DNA of 64,000 nt, taken from positions 3,238,854-3,302,853 of the forward strand of contig BFEA01000027.1 in the NCBI GenBank assembly GCA_003427395.1, read 5' to 3'. Below, in pieces: positions 50,151 through 63,962 of this stretch (within the stretch, counting starts at the first letter, position 1; the number at the start of each line of letters is the position of its first letter). The translations under genes and the position numbers were made by a program. Below the pieces are notes generated by a model. It did no database searches and was not told where the DNA came from. It saw only the letters and a list, made by a program, of their open reading frames with translations. Source of the DNA: Chara braunii (lineage: Eukaryota > Plantae > Charophyceae).

Positions 50151-51705
50151 GAGCGAGAAAAGGAGGGGTAGCAGAAAGAGGAGGAGGAGGGAGAGGAGAA
50201 GGAGGAGGGAAAGGAGGAGGAGAAGGAAGAGGAAGAGGAGGAGGAAGACGAGGAGGGGGAGCAGGAAGAGGAGGAGGAGGAAGCGGAGGAGGGGGCGGAA
50301 GCGGCCTTGGAAAGGTAGAAAACTGACATTGAACCATACATCCCTCGAATCAGGGCAGGAGAGATTTCATTGAACGAGGACAGCCTACGATCTTGAGACA
50401 AGGATAGCTAGAAAAAAATGCAATTTGAGTTTCCCAGCTCTGACGAATCACCCTCAGCTAGAGTGGACATGAGTGGCAAGTGCGCCCTCGCAGGGCCCTT
50501 ATCAGACATGCACATGTTCTGGGCAAGAGGCCCACAGCAAGCCCCGTGCCCGCCCTAAGTGAAGGCGGGCCTGAATATTCACCAGAGGCCAAAATTTGAC
50601 ATTTTTCCATATGTGGATACTCAGGCAGTTGCAGCACGTCAGTTGGTTGAGAGGAAGCGTGAGCCTCCCTGTGCTGCGCCGTACAGTTGGGCCCAGGCCT
50701 TGGTAGTTGCACCTGGGCACACACACACAATGCAAGGCAGATACATCACGACGTGGCTACAGGCCTACGAAAAAGCACCATTGTCGACGTACATACCCCA
50801 GGTCCTGTGCAAATGCAGCAAACGGCCCAAGTCTGGAAATCCTGGGCGTGCCCAAGCCCTCAACTGAAGAGCTGGGCCTGGGCGCAGGCACTGGGGCCCG
50901 ATCGGAAGCTACTGGAAGCTTTCCAGCCAAGCCACACACAGCCAAACAGAGGCTGCCACTTCCATATAGGAGGAAGGGCAGCCAAGGAGCTGGCATTCTG
51001 GCCCACGCAGGCAATGCGGTCACGCCGTTGCGTTGCTGCGCGAGATGCTGCGTGCTGCGTTAGTGGCCAGGGCGCATGTGGGCGCTTGTGAGGTGAGAGG
51101 GCCGCTGCTGGGCAGAAGAGCGCAAGCAGCCATAGCCAGGCTGCAGGGCACAAGGGAGTAAGGGCGATCGGTGGTCTTCAGGAAGGAGGCGAGTGTGGGT
51201 GGTCAGGGTCTGATGAGGGGAGACGAGATACGTACCTGGTGCATGACGGGAGGTCGGCTATGGTGTTGACGTCATGTACACTGGTCTTCAAAGTCGAAGT
51301 GAGCCTGTTGCGTGAACATGGATGTAGTAGGATAGGCGAGTAGTGTATGCTGGGCGCTGGACGCCAGACAGAGAGGAGCGACATTGGATACTGTGTTGGT
51401 GTGGCCTGAGGGCTTGAACATTGGCTCGCGCGTTCATTGTATTGCTCTTACTTGGATGGAATCTCAGTGCATTTGTGCTCTCTGCTTGTACATGACTACT
51501 TGGACATCTGTGTGATTTCGCAACTTGGCTTTCTGTATATCGTTCTCACTCATATTCCTTGCACAAGTGTTAAATCCTTTTTTTTTTTTGAGAGAGAGTG
51601 ATGTCCTGTTCATTATACACAACTCCAGAGGAAAGCATGGCTGTGTGTGTGTGGGTGTGTGTTGTAATTTCACCAAACACAACTTCACCAAAAAAGGTTG
51701 ATTTT

Positions 51706-51755
51706 GACGGGGAACCGTTTCGTCGGAGTTTCACCAATTTATCAAGAAGCTCCCC
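51706..51755 (-). repeat. Degenerate relative of the hammerhead core
   Basis: Minus strand cttc-TTGATAA-ATTGG-TGAAACT-CCGAC-GAAAC-GGTT. Shares ggtgaaactccgacgaaac with 47706-47724; the CUGAUGA box is mutated by transitions. Confidence 0.55.
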
Positions 51756-53049
51756 GCGCGTGTGTGCGCACTTGTGTGCTTCCCCATCCACATATATATA
51801 TATCGTCACAAATATATATATATATATACCCTAAAACATGGGCAATTCTCGGTGCTGTTATTCAACTTTCTGCTAAATTAGTGTACCTTTATTCCCTGCA
51901 TTTTTTTGTTTTTCTTTCAGCACATGGTACTTAGGCGAAAGGAAAAGGACCCTGCTGCCTCTCTTTTTTCTTGTTTTGGAAAACACCCTGCTGCCTCTCA
52001 TCATGCGATTGTGCCTTTCAGAACGAACTTGTTTGTGAAGGTGGCCAGGTGGATGATCTGTACCCGAACATACAAGCGTCCACCTCCATCAGGGTTGGGA
52101 CCATACTCCAGCTATGTTCCAATCATTGCCACTGTGATTCTTCCCTTTGCCCGCTCCCCCGCCCCGCGCCCCCGCCTTACCATCATGGCATTACGGAGGG
52201 GTAAATGGGAGATCGCGTCCTGATCCTACTAATGGAGAATTGTGGGCCATTGTACCTTTGGGTAGGGGGTGGTGTACGGAGCAGACAGTTACAGGACAGG
52301 CGGTCGTGGTTTACCCCTTCCTCCTTGTTAACGACCTGCACCGCAAACAAATTTGGGGTGCTGATCTACCCGACCATTTCATTTGCATTCTCCGGTCAAC
52401 AGAGAGGATCACAAACAATTTTTCCCGCCAAATCATATTTCCTGCCAATACCATCTTCCCTGTCAAATTAACTTTTCCCGACAAACCATCTTGGCCCCCC
52501 CACCACATCTAATGAAGGGTGTTGTTTTGAGACAGGCGCGGGAAGGGGTTGCCAATGTCCATCTTTCCCGCCAAAATTTTGTTCGCCACTGTCTGATGAA
52601 GTGGTGTTGCTTTGAGACAGGCACGGGAAGGGGTTGCCAACGTCCCATCTTTCCCGCCAAAATTTTGATCACCATGGTCTAATGCACGGGTGTTGCCTTG
52701 GGAAAGGCAAAGAGGGGGTGTCATTCTCTCCCATCCTGATTGCATTTGGCAGCCCGACAGGCTGACCAGTCATGATTTCTATCTGGTCATTGGCAGGAAA
52801 CTGATGGTTTCCCGAGTATTGAATTCTTTTGGACTCAGCCAGGGAACGGGTAGATGCCAACTTTATTCGTGACTATTTCCCGCGCCACTCCACCGCTGCG
52901 CCGCGCGCCCACCTCCACCGCCTCTCACCCCATCTCTGCCGCCCCTCCTCGCCTACCGTGGTAGCTCTCTTCGGTGACAGGGTGGTCGTATCATTTGCCG
53001 TGCAAACAAAATCTCTCTCGATTGCCATGAAAGGCCTCTGTATCCTCTA

Positions 53050-53200
53050 GCCACCGGGAAAGCAAAAAATAGTGAGTGCGCCATCATGCAGAAGACGACA
53101 AGATACATTCGCCACTATGAATAATGACCAATGAACGCTGCCACCTACCGTGTGAAGATGCACGCGCCATTCTTGCCGGTTCAGGTGAGTAGTGCGGCGA
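53050..53200 (-). pseudogene. Possible Ulp1/C48 peptidase fragment, transposon-associated
   Basis: Frameshifted CIFT/VGGSVHWSLFIVAN resembles the C48 IFxP...HWSL motif; no catalytic Cys motif found. Confidence 0.25.
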
Positions 53201-54029
53201 GGCCCAACGAAGCAGCGTGGGATTGCTACCAGTAGCCATTGATGAAGGCGAAAACAACGGCGATCTTGGTAATGCCGGCAAGTGGTCATCGGCACAGAGC
53301 CCTATCGATAACCTGGCGCACCACCTGGTGCAAACAGACTGCTTACCAAACGCAAGAATGGTGAATGTTTGCAGCCCTAAGGCTGCCGTATAGTGGGCTT
53401 CAGCGTCTGTGTCAAGGTGTCGCATTTTCAGCGGTCGGGGACCAGGACGTGGGTTCTTAGGGGGTGGAATTTTTTGGGACTAGAAGAGCTAGTTGTAGGT
53501 CGATATTGCGAACGACCTACAGCTACCTCTTCCAGAACCGGGACTTTTGGAAAAAGGAAGGACCAGTCCTCAAGCGGAAGCGGACCCCAAAAAGAAAAGG
53601 GGAGGCGATGTCCGCAGTAGTAGGTAGGTAGGTAGCGGTCTGGAGGCTACCTAGTCGCACGCGTCTTTGCCAACCGCGGGAAGTCTGTCGGACACGCACG
53701 CACATACAGACACACGCGCACTCACACACACAGACACACACACACACTCACACAGACAAGCACACGTGCGTTTTCATGGGTGACGCGTGTCAACGCGCAT
53801 TTGGCAAAGACACACACAGACACAGTGTGTAGCTTACACCAACAGCCAGACCCCTCCTCGCTTGAAGAATCTGAAACGCACAACACGGCTCCCCTACTGA
53901 AAGTTCGAAGAACTCTCTCTCTCTGTCTCCTCCCTACTTCTTACTTCTCAATAGGCGTTCGTGAAGGTTCAGTGTCTGCATTTGGACAAATAAGCGTGAA
54001 GCTCATCAGACATAAGTGAAGCCATTTTC

Positions 54030-54847
<818 letters not shown>

Positions 54848-55159
54848 CGCGCGCGCTTAGACCCATTGCTTTGGCTACCTTAGGGCTGCGTTCCCCCCAC
54901 CCATGCGGTAGACAATATGTATGTCGCCTTGAACGTGCCAAGATGTGTTCTCCATTTTCTATGTTACATTTGGGGAGCTAGGCATCTTATTGTAAATGCC
55001 CGTACAAAGCGTACTACGGGACCCCCAGCATTGTACGCGCGCGGACAATGCGTTTTTCTCACGTAGAAAAGCGTTTGTTTTCTTTTTTCCCAGGCAAGGG
55101 TCGGTGGTGTGCCTGCAACCACCAGGCATTCCCCCGGACCCGGCGCCAGCGCATGTTGG

Positions 55160-55520
55160 CGTCTGCACCCCCGTATCCCCCCATAGTGCCCTCACACCTT
55201 CCTTAACCCCCCCCGCTCACAGCATCCTTACACCCCAACTTGTACACCCCTTACACCCCCCCGTACCTCACACCCCTTACCATTCCCATCATACCCCACA
55301 CCCTTAACACCACCACGACCCCCTCTTTTCAAACCCCGTTAGAACCCCCCGTAATACCCCCTTTATACCGTGGCTATACCCAACACCCCTTTTGTGACAA
55401 GGGGTGTGAGGTATAAGGACGGTATAAAGGGGGTATTCAGGGGGGTCGAACCAGGGGTTGAAAAGGGGGGGGGGGGGGGGGGGGTAAGCGGTGTGAGGCA
55501 CAAGGGGGGTGGTGTACCCC
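55160..55520. mobile_element. Foldback/MITE-like element
   Basis: C-rich left arm with cctcacacc/ttacacccc repeats mirrors a G-rich right arm (ggtgtgagg, ggggtaag). Confidence 0.5.
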
Positions 55521-55564
55521 TTATGACGATTTAGCTTTCACGTGGCAGCGCCCAAGGGCTCTCT

Positions 55565-55610
<46 letters not shown>

Positions 55611-56419
55611 CACTTTGCCACAGGCCGCTGTTTGCCATGCGTGGCAGTCCTGGCTCCCATTGTCCACTTCGAAGTAGAGAAAACTGCCCAAAAGGGCACT
55701 TCTGTTCCACTTAGGGGGGCAGATCGGACAAAGCGTCTGAACAATGAACCACCCCACAGGGCCATTGGGTGTCTCGGCACATTTTGGGCCATTTGTCGGT
55801 ACCCAGTTTCCAGGCCGACGGGACCGTCGAAATGGGCCTCCAGGGGCAAAAATGACCCCCATTTAAATAAAATAAAATTAAAAAAAAACTTTTAGAAAGT
55901 TTTTTTTTTTTCTTTTTGGTTTAAAAAACCGACCATGTTGCCAGTAGCTGCGCCTCCCATCTACTTCGCCCGCCCCCATTGAGTAACAGCATTGTCTATG
56001 TCTAACACTCACACACCACATACAAATGCAATAAATAGCAGTATCCCAGTCGGCCTGTACACTAACTGTGTTTGCTGTTTCCTTGGTGTCCTTGGTTTCG
56101 GCCTTGCGGGACTTGATCTCGTGACCTGTAATTTGTACGTTTGGTTTGTTAGCTTCGAGCCCTACTGGGCTTGATCCTCGGACATGTAGCTAGTAGTCTC
56201 TATAGTCTTAGACCCTTAGGCTTTGCTGTTTTGTCGTTTTCTGCACTTGCTGAAGTCAACCCGGGACTTGATCCCATGACCTGTAGTGTGTTTGTGGTGT
56301 TTGACTGTTTTTGAGCCTTACTGGGCTTGAACCTTGAACCTGTCGCTAGTAGTCTCTACTTCGTAGTCTTAGGCCTTTCAGCCTTGTTGTTTTGTCCTTT
56401 TCTGCCCTTCTGGAAACTG

Positions 56420-56745
56420 GTAGGCCCGTAGGTCTTTCTTTTGTGTGTGTTGGGTCCCCTTAGTCTAGGTTTCCATCTAGATGCCTGTAGGTAGATCTTG
56501 ATTGTTTGGCCGTAGATGTGTGATGTTTGGACGGTCAGATAGGTCTGTAGGTGGCTGCTGGTCTTTCTTTTGTGTGTCCTAGCCTTGGGTCCCCTTAGTC
56601 TTGGTTTCCATCTAGATGCCTGTAGGTAGATCTTGATTGTTTGGCCGTAGATGTGTGCTGTTTGGACGGTCAGATAGGTCTGTAGGTGGCTGCTGTGTTT
56701 TTGGACGGTCAGATAGATCTGTAGGTGGCTGCTGTGTTGTAGGTC
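56420..56745. repeat. Nested short tandem repeats
   Basis: ~137-bp duplication (ttgggtccccttagtct.ggtttccatctagatgcctgtagg) and repeated ttggacggtcagatag.tctgtaggtggctgctg. Confidence 0.8.
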
Positions 56746-58479
56746 TAGGGAAGTCGGGTAGAAGTAGGCAGAGGCCAACGAGTTTGGGGTTCTTTTGGTT
56801 GCTTTTTTCTCACGGACTTGGTGGAGGTCGCGCTGCTTCCCTGCTGCGCTATTGTGGGCATGCATGCAGGGCATCTCCTCCACATGCCGCTGGCGGCCAT
56901 AGCTGGGGCCGGCCAGCTCCGTTGGTGACGGCGCTGGGCTCGGCGCCCAGGTGCTAATGAGCGCTTCCTCATATCCGTGTCCTTGTTGGGGTTTGGTCAG
57001 CTGCCACCAGAGCTGCACTTTCAGCAGTTCTCCTTCGACGTGGCAGATCTTCATCTTCATCGAGTTGCTGTTCTTCTTCATCATCCTGGGAGCTGCGCTT
57101 CCCTGCTGAGTGGACACTTTATCTACAGCAGGCTTCTTGAGTGGTGCAGAGAGTGTTGGATTTAGGAGGGTCTGTGGCGATTGGCAGGCTTGATAGGGTG
57201 GGTGCTTGCAAGCACCATAGCTAGAGCTTGAGGAAGAGGGAGGAAGAAGAAGACTCCCAGATACTTCGAGGAAACCTTGTAAATAATTGGTCCACGGGTG
57301 TTGATAACGTGGTTGGGATCCTTGGAAATTCATGCTGTTGATTGACTTGGGGAGAGACGGTAATTAGAATTTATTTTCATTTCAATTCTATTTTCGGTAT
57401 TTGTGTGCTTCCGCTGTGTATTCTTATCATCCGGTGTGGTATGGTTTTCTCCCTCCAAAGGTACCTTGTCATTGCGCATGTGTATCGGAACGTGTGGATG
57501 CCATGTTGGATCTCGTTTCAATCAGGCACATAACACAACCCCCACCACCACACACACACACACACACTCGTGATATGGCCAAAGACCCTACCAATACGGA
57601 TCTGGGGAAACAAGACGACTATCTCAGTTGGTCGGTCCTCGGCTGTGGTCCCATTAGCAAAGTGCTAGGATAGAAAGAAGTTAGCGTGGCAGTCGAGAGA
57701 CCCAAATCTGTCGTGCAGTGACTTGTGACCCCAAGGTCAGTGTAGAAAGAAGTTAGTGTGGCAGTAGAGAGACCGAAATCTGTAGTGCAGTGACTCTGAT
57801 GCCAAGGTCAGTGTTTCAAGAGTATTACCTGAAAAAGGAAAGAGATCTTAGTTCCCTCCTCCTCTGCTTAACACTGGGCATGCTGGTGCAAAGGGAGCTT
57901 CCCGCCAAAATTTGTTCTATCCCATGAGGGTGCGAGGAATGAGCCCTCACAGAGCTACTTGACCCAACATTGTTGGGGGCAGCAGCAAGACTTTTGCCTG
58001 CCCTAAGTGAAGGTGGGACTTTTGGGTACCAACTCGGTGATTGACATACAGTTGTGGGTGCTGGTACATGGTGGCACTGGATGGTCTGCATTTCTTTTTC
58101 GCCTACGTGTTCATCAGGTTAGAAAACAATGGGCATGCAATCTCAACCATGCATCTGCCCATCTGTGGATCGGTAACGCACGTGTGCCTCATTTTGCTTC
58201 AAAGGGCCATGCACCATACCGGCCTGCATTTAGTTGAAACGGCTTGCTAGTTGCTGGCAGCACTGAAAAAAAGAAAGGACTACCCCAACAAGAACACGTG
58301 CTTGGGACAGCCGCCTAGAGAAATAGGCCCAAAAAGAAGTACTCTCCTTTGATAAGCACCCGGCAAGAGAGCTCCCCACGGCGGGTTTTGTTGTTCAATT
58401 GCTTGCTTGATACACGGACACACACACACGCATTGACTCATCGCAAGGGTGTGTGCAGATGATGCTCATGAGATCGCCA

Positions 58480-59640
58480 GATAACCCAGCCATGATTCAG
58501 TGTAAGCCCATTTGTAGTAGCCCGAAATGTTACCCGGTCACAGCATTGTATGCATACAGAGCAGCAGAAGACGAAGCCAGCCAAAGTCAACTCCCTGCGC
58601 TGGCAGAACGCACACCACTGCCTTCCGACACCGGGCTGGCTAACAGACCATACCACCTTGGAACAGAGGGGTCTGGGCCTCCCCTGGTGCCCACGCTGTC
58701 CACAGGCCTTCCCACCGAGAACCTTCCCGGAAACTATCGAACACATTTTCATGCAGTGCCCACGGGTAGTCCTTACCTGGCGATGGTGGGACGGGATCTT
58801 GAGGAAAGCAACGGGGGAGCAGAGCTGGCTGTGGGACTGGAGAGCGATCTTGGGAGGGCACTGGCAGCTGGCCCAAGACAACACCTTTCTATCGAACATG
58901 TTCAGTCCAGGACGCCGAGCCCTTCTCTGGACACTATGGTAGCGCAGATGCATACGGGTCATAGAAGGAGTAGAAGTAGGGGAGGGAGAATCCACAGAGA
59001 ACATAAAGCAACAGGTCCAAATAGAACTTACCTGGAGATGGCAAGAAGCCAAAACAGTATCAGACCAGCTGCATGACCCCCGCAAGATCCGGAAACAGAT
59101 CACCCTCTTCTGCCAAGACTGGCTGGGAGGGGCAGAGGGAGAGTGGATCGCCAATGTCACCTGGCCAGGAGGAGATAAGGACCAGGCGGGACAGTGGGAT
59201 CAGCCCTACAGAGAGACTACCGCTTGGTTAAGGATTGGACTGCAGTAAGCCCAGAATTCCCTCTTCATTCACTGACCCCTTTCCCCCCACACCCTAGCCC
59301 TTATCCCAGCCTTTCTGCGCCCGCAACGGCATATGGTCTGTCTGGACACTCCGTGGAAAAAGTACAAGGAGATGCCGCGAACGTCCGGATGCCCCCGTTC
59401 CTTCAAAGCTCCCCCCTGCTTGGGCTGTCGCAAGAAGCTTGCTAGATAGCTCAGATTAGGCGGCCCGCAGGGGCCGAAGAGACATTCTTAGGGCAGGGCA
59501 CGCGCAGTCAATCCCCCCTGGGGTAATCAATGCTGCAGTGCATCCACCATCACAACACATCAAGCCAGGCTCATTCTTTATCTTCATGTTCAAAAGGGAC
59601 GCTGGACCCGTTTTCTCCCCACCAATAGACTGGAACACTG
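58480..59640 (+). mobile_element. Decayed L1-like ORF2 C-terminus with 3' UTR
   Basis: LRWQNAHHCLPT, CPRC...ETIEHIFMQCPRV..W, LLWTLW; family B tail at ~59596-59632. Confidence 0.8.
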
Positions 59641-61109
59641 GGCAAGGGTTCTACGGGGAAGTGCTCATACCACCCCCTGTAGTAACCCACCCTTTTTTCT
59701 TTTTTTTTTAAGCATGCATAGTAAGGAATGAGGGCAAAGGGAGATGACATGAGAAGATGTTGTTGGGGCGCCCCTCAATGGCTCTGTTTAGTATCTCTTC
59801 TGTTTTTCGAATGCCAATCCCCTTGCCAAGGAGAAATGACGCAAGAAGATGTGTTGTGGGGGGGGGGAGGGCATAACATTATTCTGGAAGGGGAGGGGCT
59901 ACAATCCCAGCCGGCCGCACCCCTCCCCCCCCTCAACTTTTTTGTTTACTATTATGTTTCTTTCCCGCTGAATGCCTATGTGCTTCCTGGGTGCACTTGC
60001 ACTCAATGAATTAACAAGACACATGATTGTGCCATCTTTAGTGTTTTTTTATAGTTCTGTCATGTATGAAGCATATATGAATGACATCTGAATATGGGCC
60101 AAGGTTTTGGCATGCATGCATGTTACCAAGGGGAGATGACATGAGAATATGCTGTTGTGGGTGGGTTGGGGGGGGGGGGCAGGGTCGGGCTACACCCACC
60201 CCTCCCCCACCCCAACTGTTTAGATTATTATTATGAATGTTGAGCTGTGGGGCTGTTGTGTGCAGCCTTTTGTTTATGAGGCTTTCTCTCTCTCTCACAC
60301 ACATCATGTGCAGAATGAGCCATGTGCTTGTGCTCATTAAGCCACCGGTGCCCTAGATGCTATTTTATAATGACCGACACATTCTTTCCGAGCCTGGCCC
60401 ACTGAACACAATATGGGCCTACTTGTAGCAGCATGGCAAAAAAGAAATGTGTTCTTTTGCTGCCAATATATGTATTGCCACACTGTGAATCGGACTTTAA
60501 AGGCGAAACGAAAAAAGGAAAGGAGTAAGGAAGGAAAGCTCCGCCTGTTCATCACCTCTTACGTACAAGGCCAGCCACGTGGACGACAGGTTGAGCGCTG
60601 GCTGCCCCCATCCCCATGTGTCACAAGGACCCACTTGCACGCAGCCAAAAGGCAAAGAGGTAAAGAAAAGGAGGAGGAAACCAAACCTCACAGAGGCAAA
60701 AGAAAGAGAAAGGGATCCAGTCAAAGAAAGGACAAGGGAAGAGGAAGGCCTATCAGTCAAACAAAGCAAATGACACATCCCACAGATAAATCAATTGCCC
60801 CTGTCACAACGAAGTTCAACATATTTTTCATTTTTCTATTTTTTATTTATTTATTTTTCTTTTTTTTTCTTTTTTTCTTTTTTCTTTTTTATTTTCTTCA
60901 GCAATTGCCGATTTGTTTTTTTTTTTTCCTTTTTTAAAAAAAAAATCCTTTCAATCTTTTTTTCTTTTTTTCTTTTCGTTTTTTCAATTTTTTCTTTCTT
61001 CTTTCTTCACCTCGGTATCTGTTGGTGTTCACAAGGATACCCATGGACAGCTGCACCAGCACAGCATTCAGCAGGACGGCTAGCAAAGACCATCCCATCA
61101 AAACAGTCC

Positions 61110-62945
61110 TGACCAGACAAAGGACATGCTGTCCACATGTCAAAAAAACAGCAGGATGTTCATTACAGTGCGTCATCATGCAGTCCTGATAGCATCCTTG
61201 CGGACAAAAGGGACAACGAATATCTGGGTGATAGGGATGAGTACAACGAGGAAATGTTGGACACCCTTCGGCACAGACGGAGGCGGACGCAATAGATTGA
61301 TAATGGTGATGGCATAGATGATGAATTCCACAGCCAAGGCGCACCGCATCCCTGTCCTGACAGGTGTCACACGAGAGTCGGCCAATAATCCAGAATAAAG
61401 TATGATTCGGCAATGCACGCAAAAATTCATTTATTTTGAAAATATCCTGAATCATCGTCCCACCATCCCACAGTTCCCACTGGGCAGCTGCACGAATGAG
61501 TGCCATATAATGCCCCGGTCTGTGCAAAATGCAGGCAGAAATATGGGGATGGTCGTCACATGATGCATAAGAAGGTGGCGACCGTGGAATGCTAATTGTA
61601 AGACAATTGCAGTGAACCCGGCGGAGGTAGTATACTTATGCAATGACTTGCTGATTTTGACTGCCAAGATCTAACTGCGAGGCTGTACAGTAACAGCGGT
61701 AGGGTTAGATTCGTAATTTTGTTTGTGTCAGGGACTAACCTAGAGTTCAGTGCTGAGGGAAATTCGTGAGGGACATATCTGCAATTTCGGGACAATTACA
61801 GGCTCGCAGTTCCTTTTAGACCGCACTGCGAATAGCAGGCCCGGGCTATCACTAGGACGGGAGGCCCTAGGGCCTAGGCCCGTAGCATGAGAGCCTATAG
61901 CCGGGTAGGTAGAGGCCCTAGAGGCCCAAACTGAAACGCTACCGGTCGGTCCAGTCCGTGTCTAGGTCTAGGTTAGTGTATTAATAAATTTAGGTTGCTA
62001 GGGTTAGGACTTTTGGCAGTTCCAGTTTTCACGTGACAGCGTTCTGAGTCAAGCAAGTACAGTGGAGACGATTGCCTACAGGCGGCATCCTGAGACCTTC
62101 GTCGTGGACGGCAGCCATAGCCAGCCTTCTGGAGCTCGCCATAGCTGGGGCGTCCTCTGCGCATCCACCCCTGGGGGTGCTTGCGATCGGATGGGCTATT
62201 CTGAGGCTCTACATGGTATTCGTGGGTGGACCACTGTTGCTGCATCTTCCTCTGAGATCGTGCGTGGCATCTACAGTGGCGCTGCAGCCATAGCTGCAGC
62301 TTTCCTCGTCAGAATTGCTCATCGGCACTGAGGATTACATCGCAGTTCCTGTTCTTCATCGGGGTTGTTGGCGCAGGCCTCTGGGAGGCTGATGTGGTGT
62401 GGCGCTACTAACTGGGTGTAGCATAGGGAGTGGAGTGTGTGGTTCTGTGAGTGGCGAGACACTGGGACAAACTCTGTAACGATATTGGTTCAGATCGGCT
62501 CAATCTCAGATTGTTCCTTTGTTATCCTCGCAGGTGTCTACTTGTGATTGGTTGTTGGGAGTATTGTCAGAGAGTGAGAAAAACTTTGTGTTATCTCCAC
62601 ACCTGTGCATGGTGCTTTTCCGCTGCTTACTCTGTCTGTGTGCAGTGTGTACTCTGCCTCCTCTCCCCTTCTTCTTATGCATGTATGGACGTGTGTGAGA
62701 TTGTCTGCATGTGAGTGTTGGTGAAAATTGACAGACAACCAAGTTCATAACAGTTACTACCCTCAGGAGGTGGACCATTATGGTCATACAACAACTGATT
62801 TTCAACAGCGTCAAGCTGATAAGCAATCGTAACAAAATGGGATGCAGTATAAAATTGACGCTGATAAGCCTGTAGGCAGACATTTGTGGCTGCCAAGCCA
62901 CAAGCATTTGGTAGATCTGCCTGCAGATCAGAATCGGTCACCACT
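61110..62945 (-). pseudogene. Josephin (ataxin-3-like) cysteine protease domain plus Cys/His-rich fingers, split by a ~1.07-kb insert
   Basis: N half CGLAATNVCLQ..FYTASHFVTIAYQLDAVE..GSNCYELGCLSI (62945-62720). C half SACILHRPGHYMALIRAAAQWELWD (61540-61465), then CDTC..CGIHHLC and C..C..TCGQHVLC. Spacing matches ataxin-3 as recalled. Confidence 0.7.
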
Positions 62946-63220
62946 GAAAAGCCAGGTCTGATCTGGCGCGGTCGACGCGTGATTGACGAACGTCGTCGAC
63001 GTGGCAGAGCAGGCTGTCGGTAAGACAAAGAACCCGGCAGATTAGCATCAACACGACGTCGAGAGGAAGAAAAACTGGGAGGAGGAGAGAATGAACAAAC
63101 CTGCCGACGTCCCAATATGGACAATGAAGATAAAGGAGTGGCTGATCTCAGCCGGCGTGGGGAAGAGGAAGACAAACTAGAGGAAGAAGAAGAAGAAGAA
63201 GAAGAAGAAGAAGAAGAAGA

Positions 63221-63262
63221 CTAGATGACCCGTTGCGGCTTCGCCCGCAAAAACAGAAAAAA
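63221..63262 (-). mobile_element. Helitron-like 3' terminus
   Basis: Minus strand TTGCGG-gcgaag-CCGCAA hairpin, then CGGGTCAT-CTAG followed by T, next to a (TTC)n tract. The 5' end was not identified. Confidence 0.6.
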
Positions 63263-63962
63263 AAAAAAAGCACAAAAGAAAGAAAACGCATAAGGAACTG
63301 CCCTATCATATGCCGCTTCTTTCACAATAAGAAAAAGAAGAGCCTGAGAGCAGACGAAAACCCGCGTGCAAGAAAATAGCACGGAATACCACCAAACATT
63401 CTTTTTTCTTTATCTTTGCGTGTTTTGTTTGGGGAACCGTTACCTTTGCAGCATCGTTTTTGTTTTGTTCTGTGCAAATACTCTGGACTTTTCTGAGAAA
63501 ATCCAGTCCGTTGTCCCGTTGATGTTTTTGATAAAGATTCAGAATCACACTTTGTTTGCTGTGTTCTCTGGATATGTTTGTGCGATCTTGAATGTATCTA
63601 TGCCCCGTGCTTACTTGTTGAGTTTGGACGCTGTGTGTGCAAGTGCAAGCGCGTGTGGGTGAGTCACAGTTTGGTGGGCTCGGATGATGTCATTGACGGT
63701 TGGCCCGGGGAAGCTGTTGGAAGGCGCCTCCAACTATAGGACTGCCACTGATGTTAAGCAGGTTTTGCATTGTATGAATGAAACAATCAGCATTCAATCT
63801 GCTTGGCAGTTGCTCTTCAGGTGGGGGACTTGTCGGGAGTACCATTGACATGAGAGCCATAATGCCGGGCTTGCATCTTGGAACATTTCCTTGAAGGCGA
63901 AAGGCAAAGAAGAAACAAAGTAGCACGTGTCAGAGTCACATAATGGACAGCTTGGCACAGTC

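Noticed and set aside
49972-50401. Arg-, Ser- and Pro-rich ORFs
   Set aside because: Translations of a GAG/GGA purine-rich simple repeat.
56356-57333. 325-aa minus-strand ORF
   Set aside because: Low complexity, built partly from short tandem DNA repeats, with no recognisable domain.
61465-61540. USP/C19 His box (GHY...W..D)
   Set aside because: His-Trp-Asp spacing and the upstream Cys segment fit Josephin better; no USP Cys box was seen.
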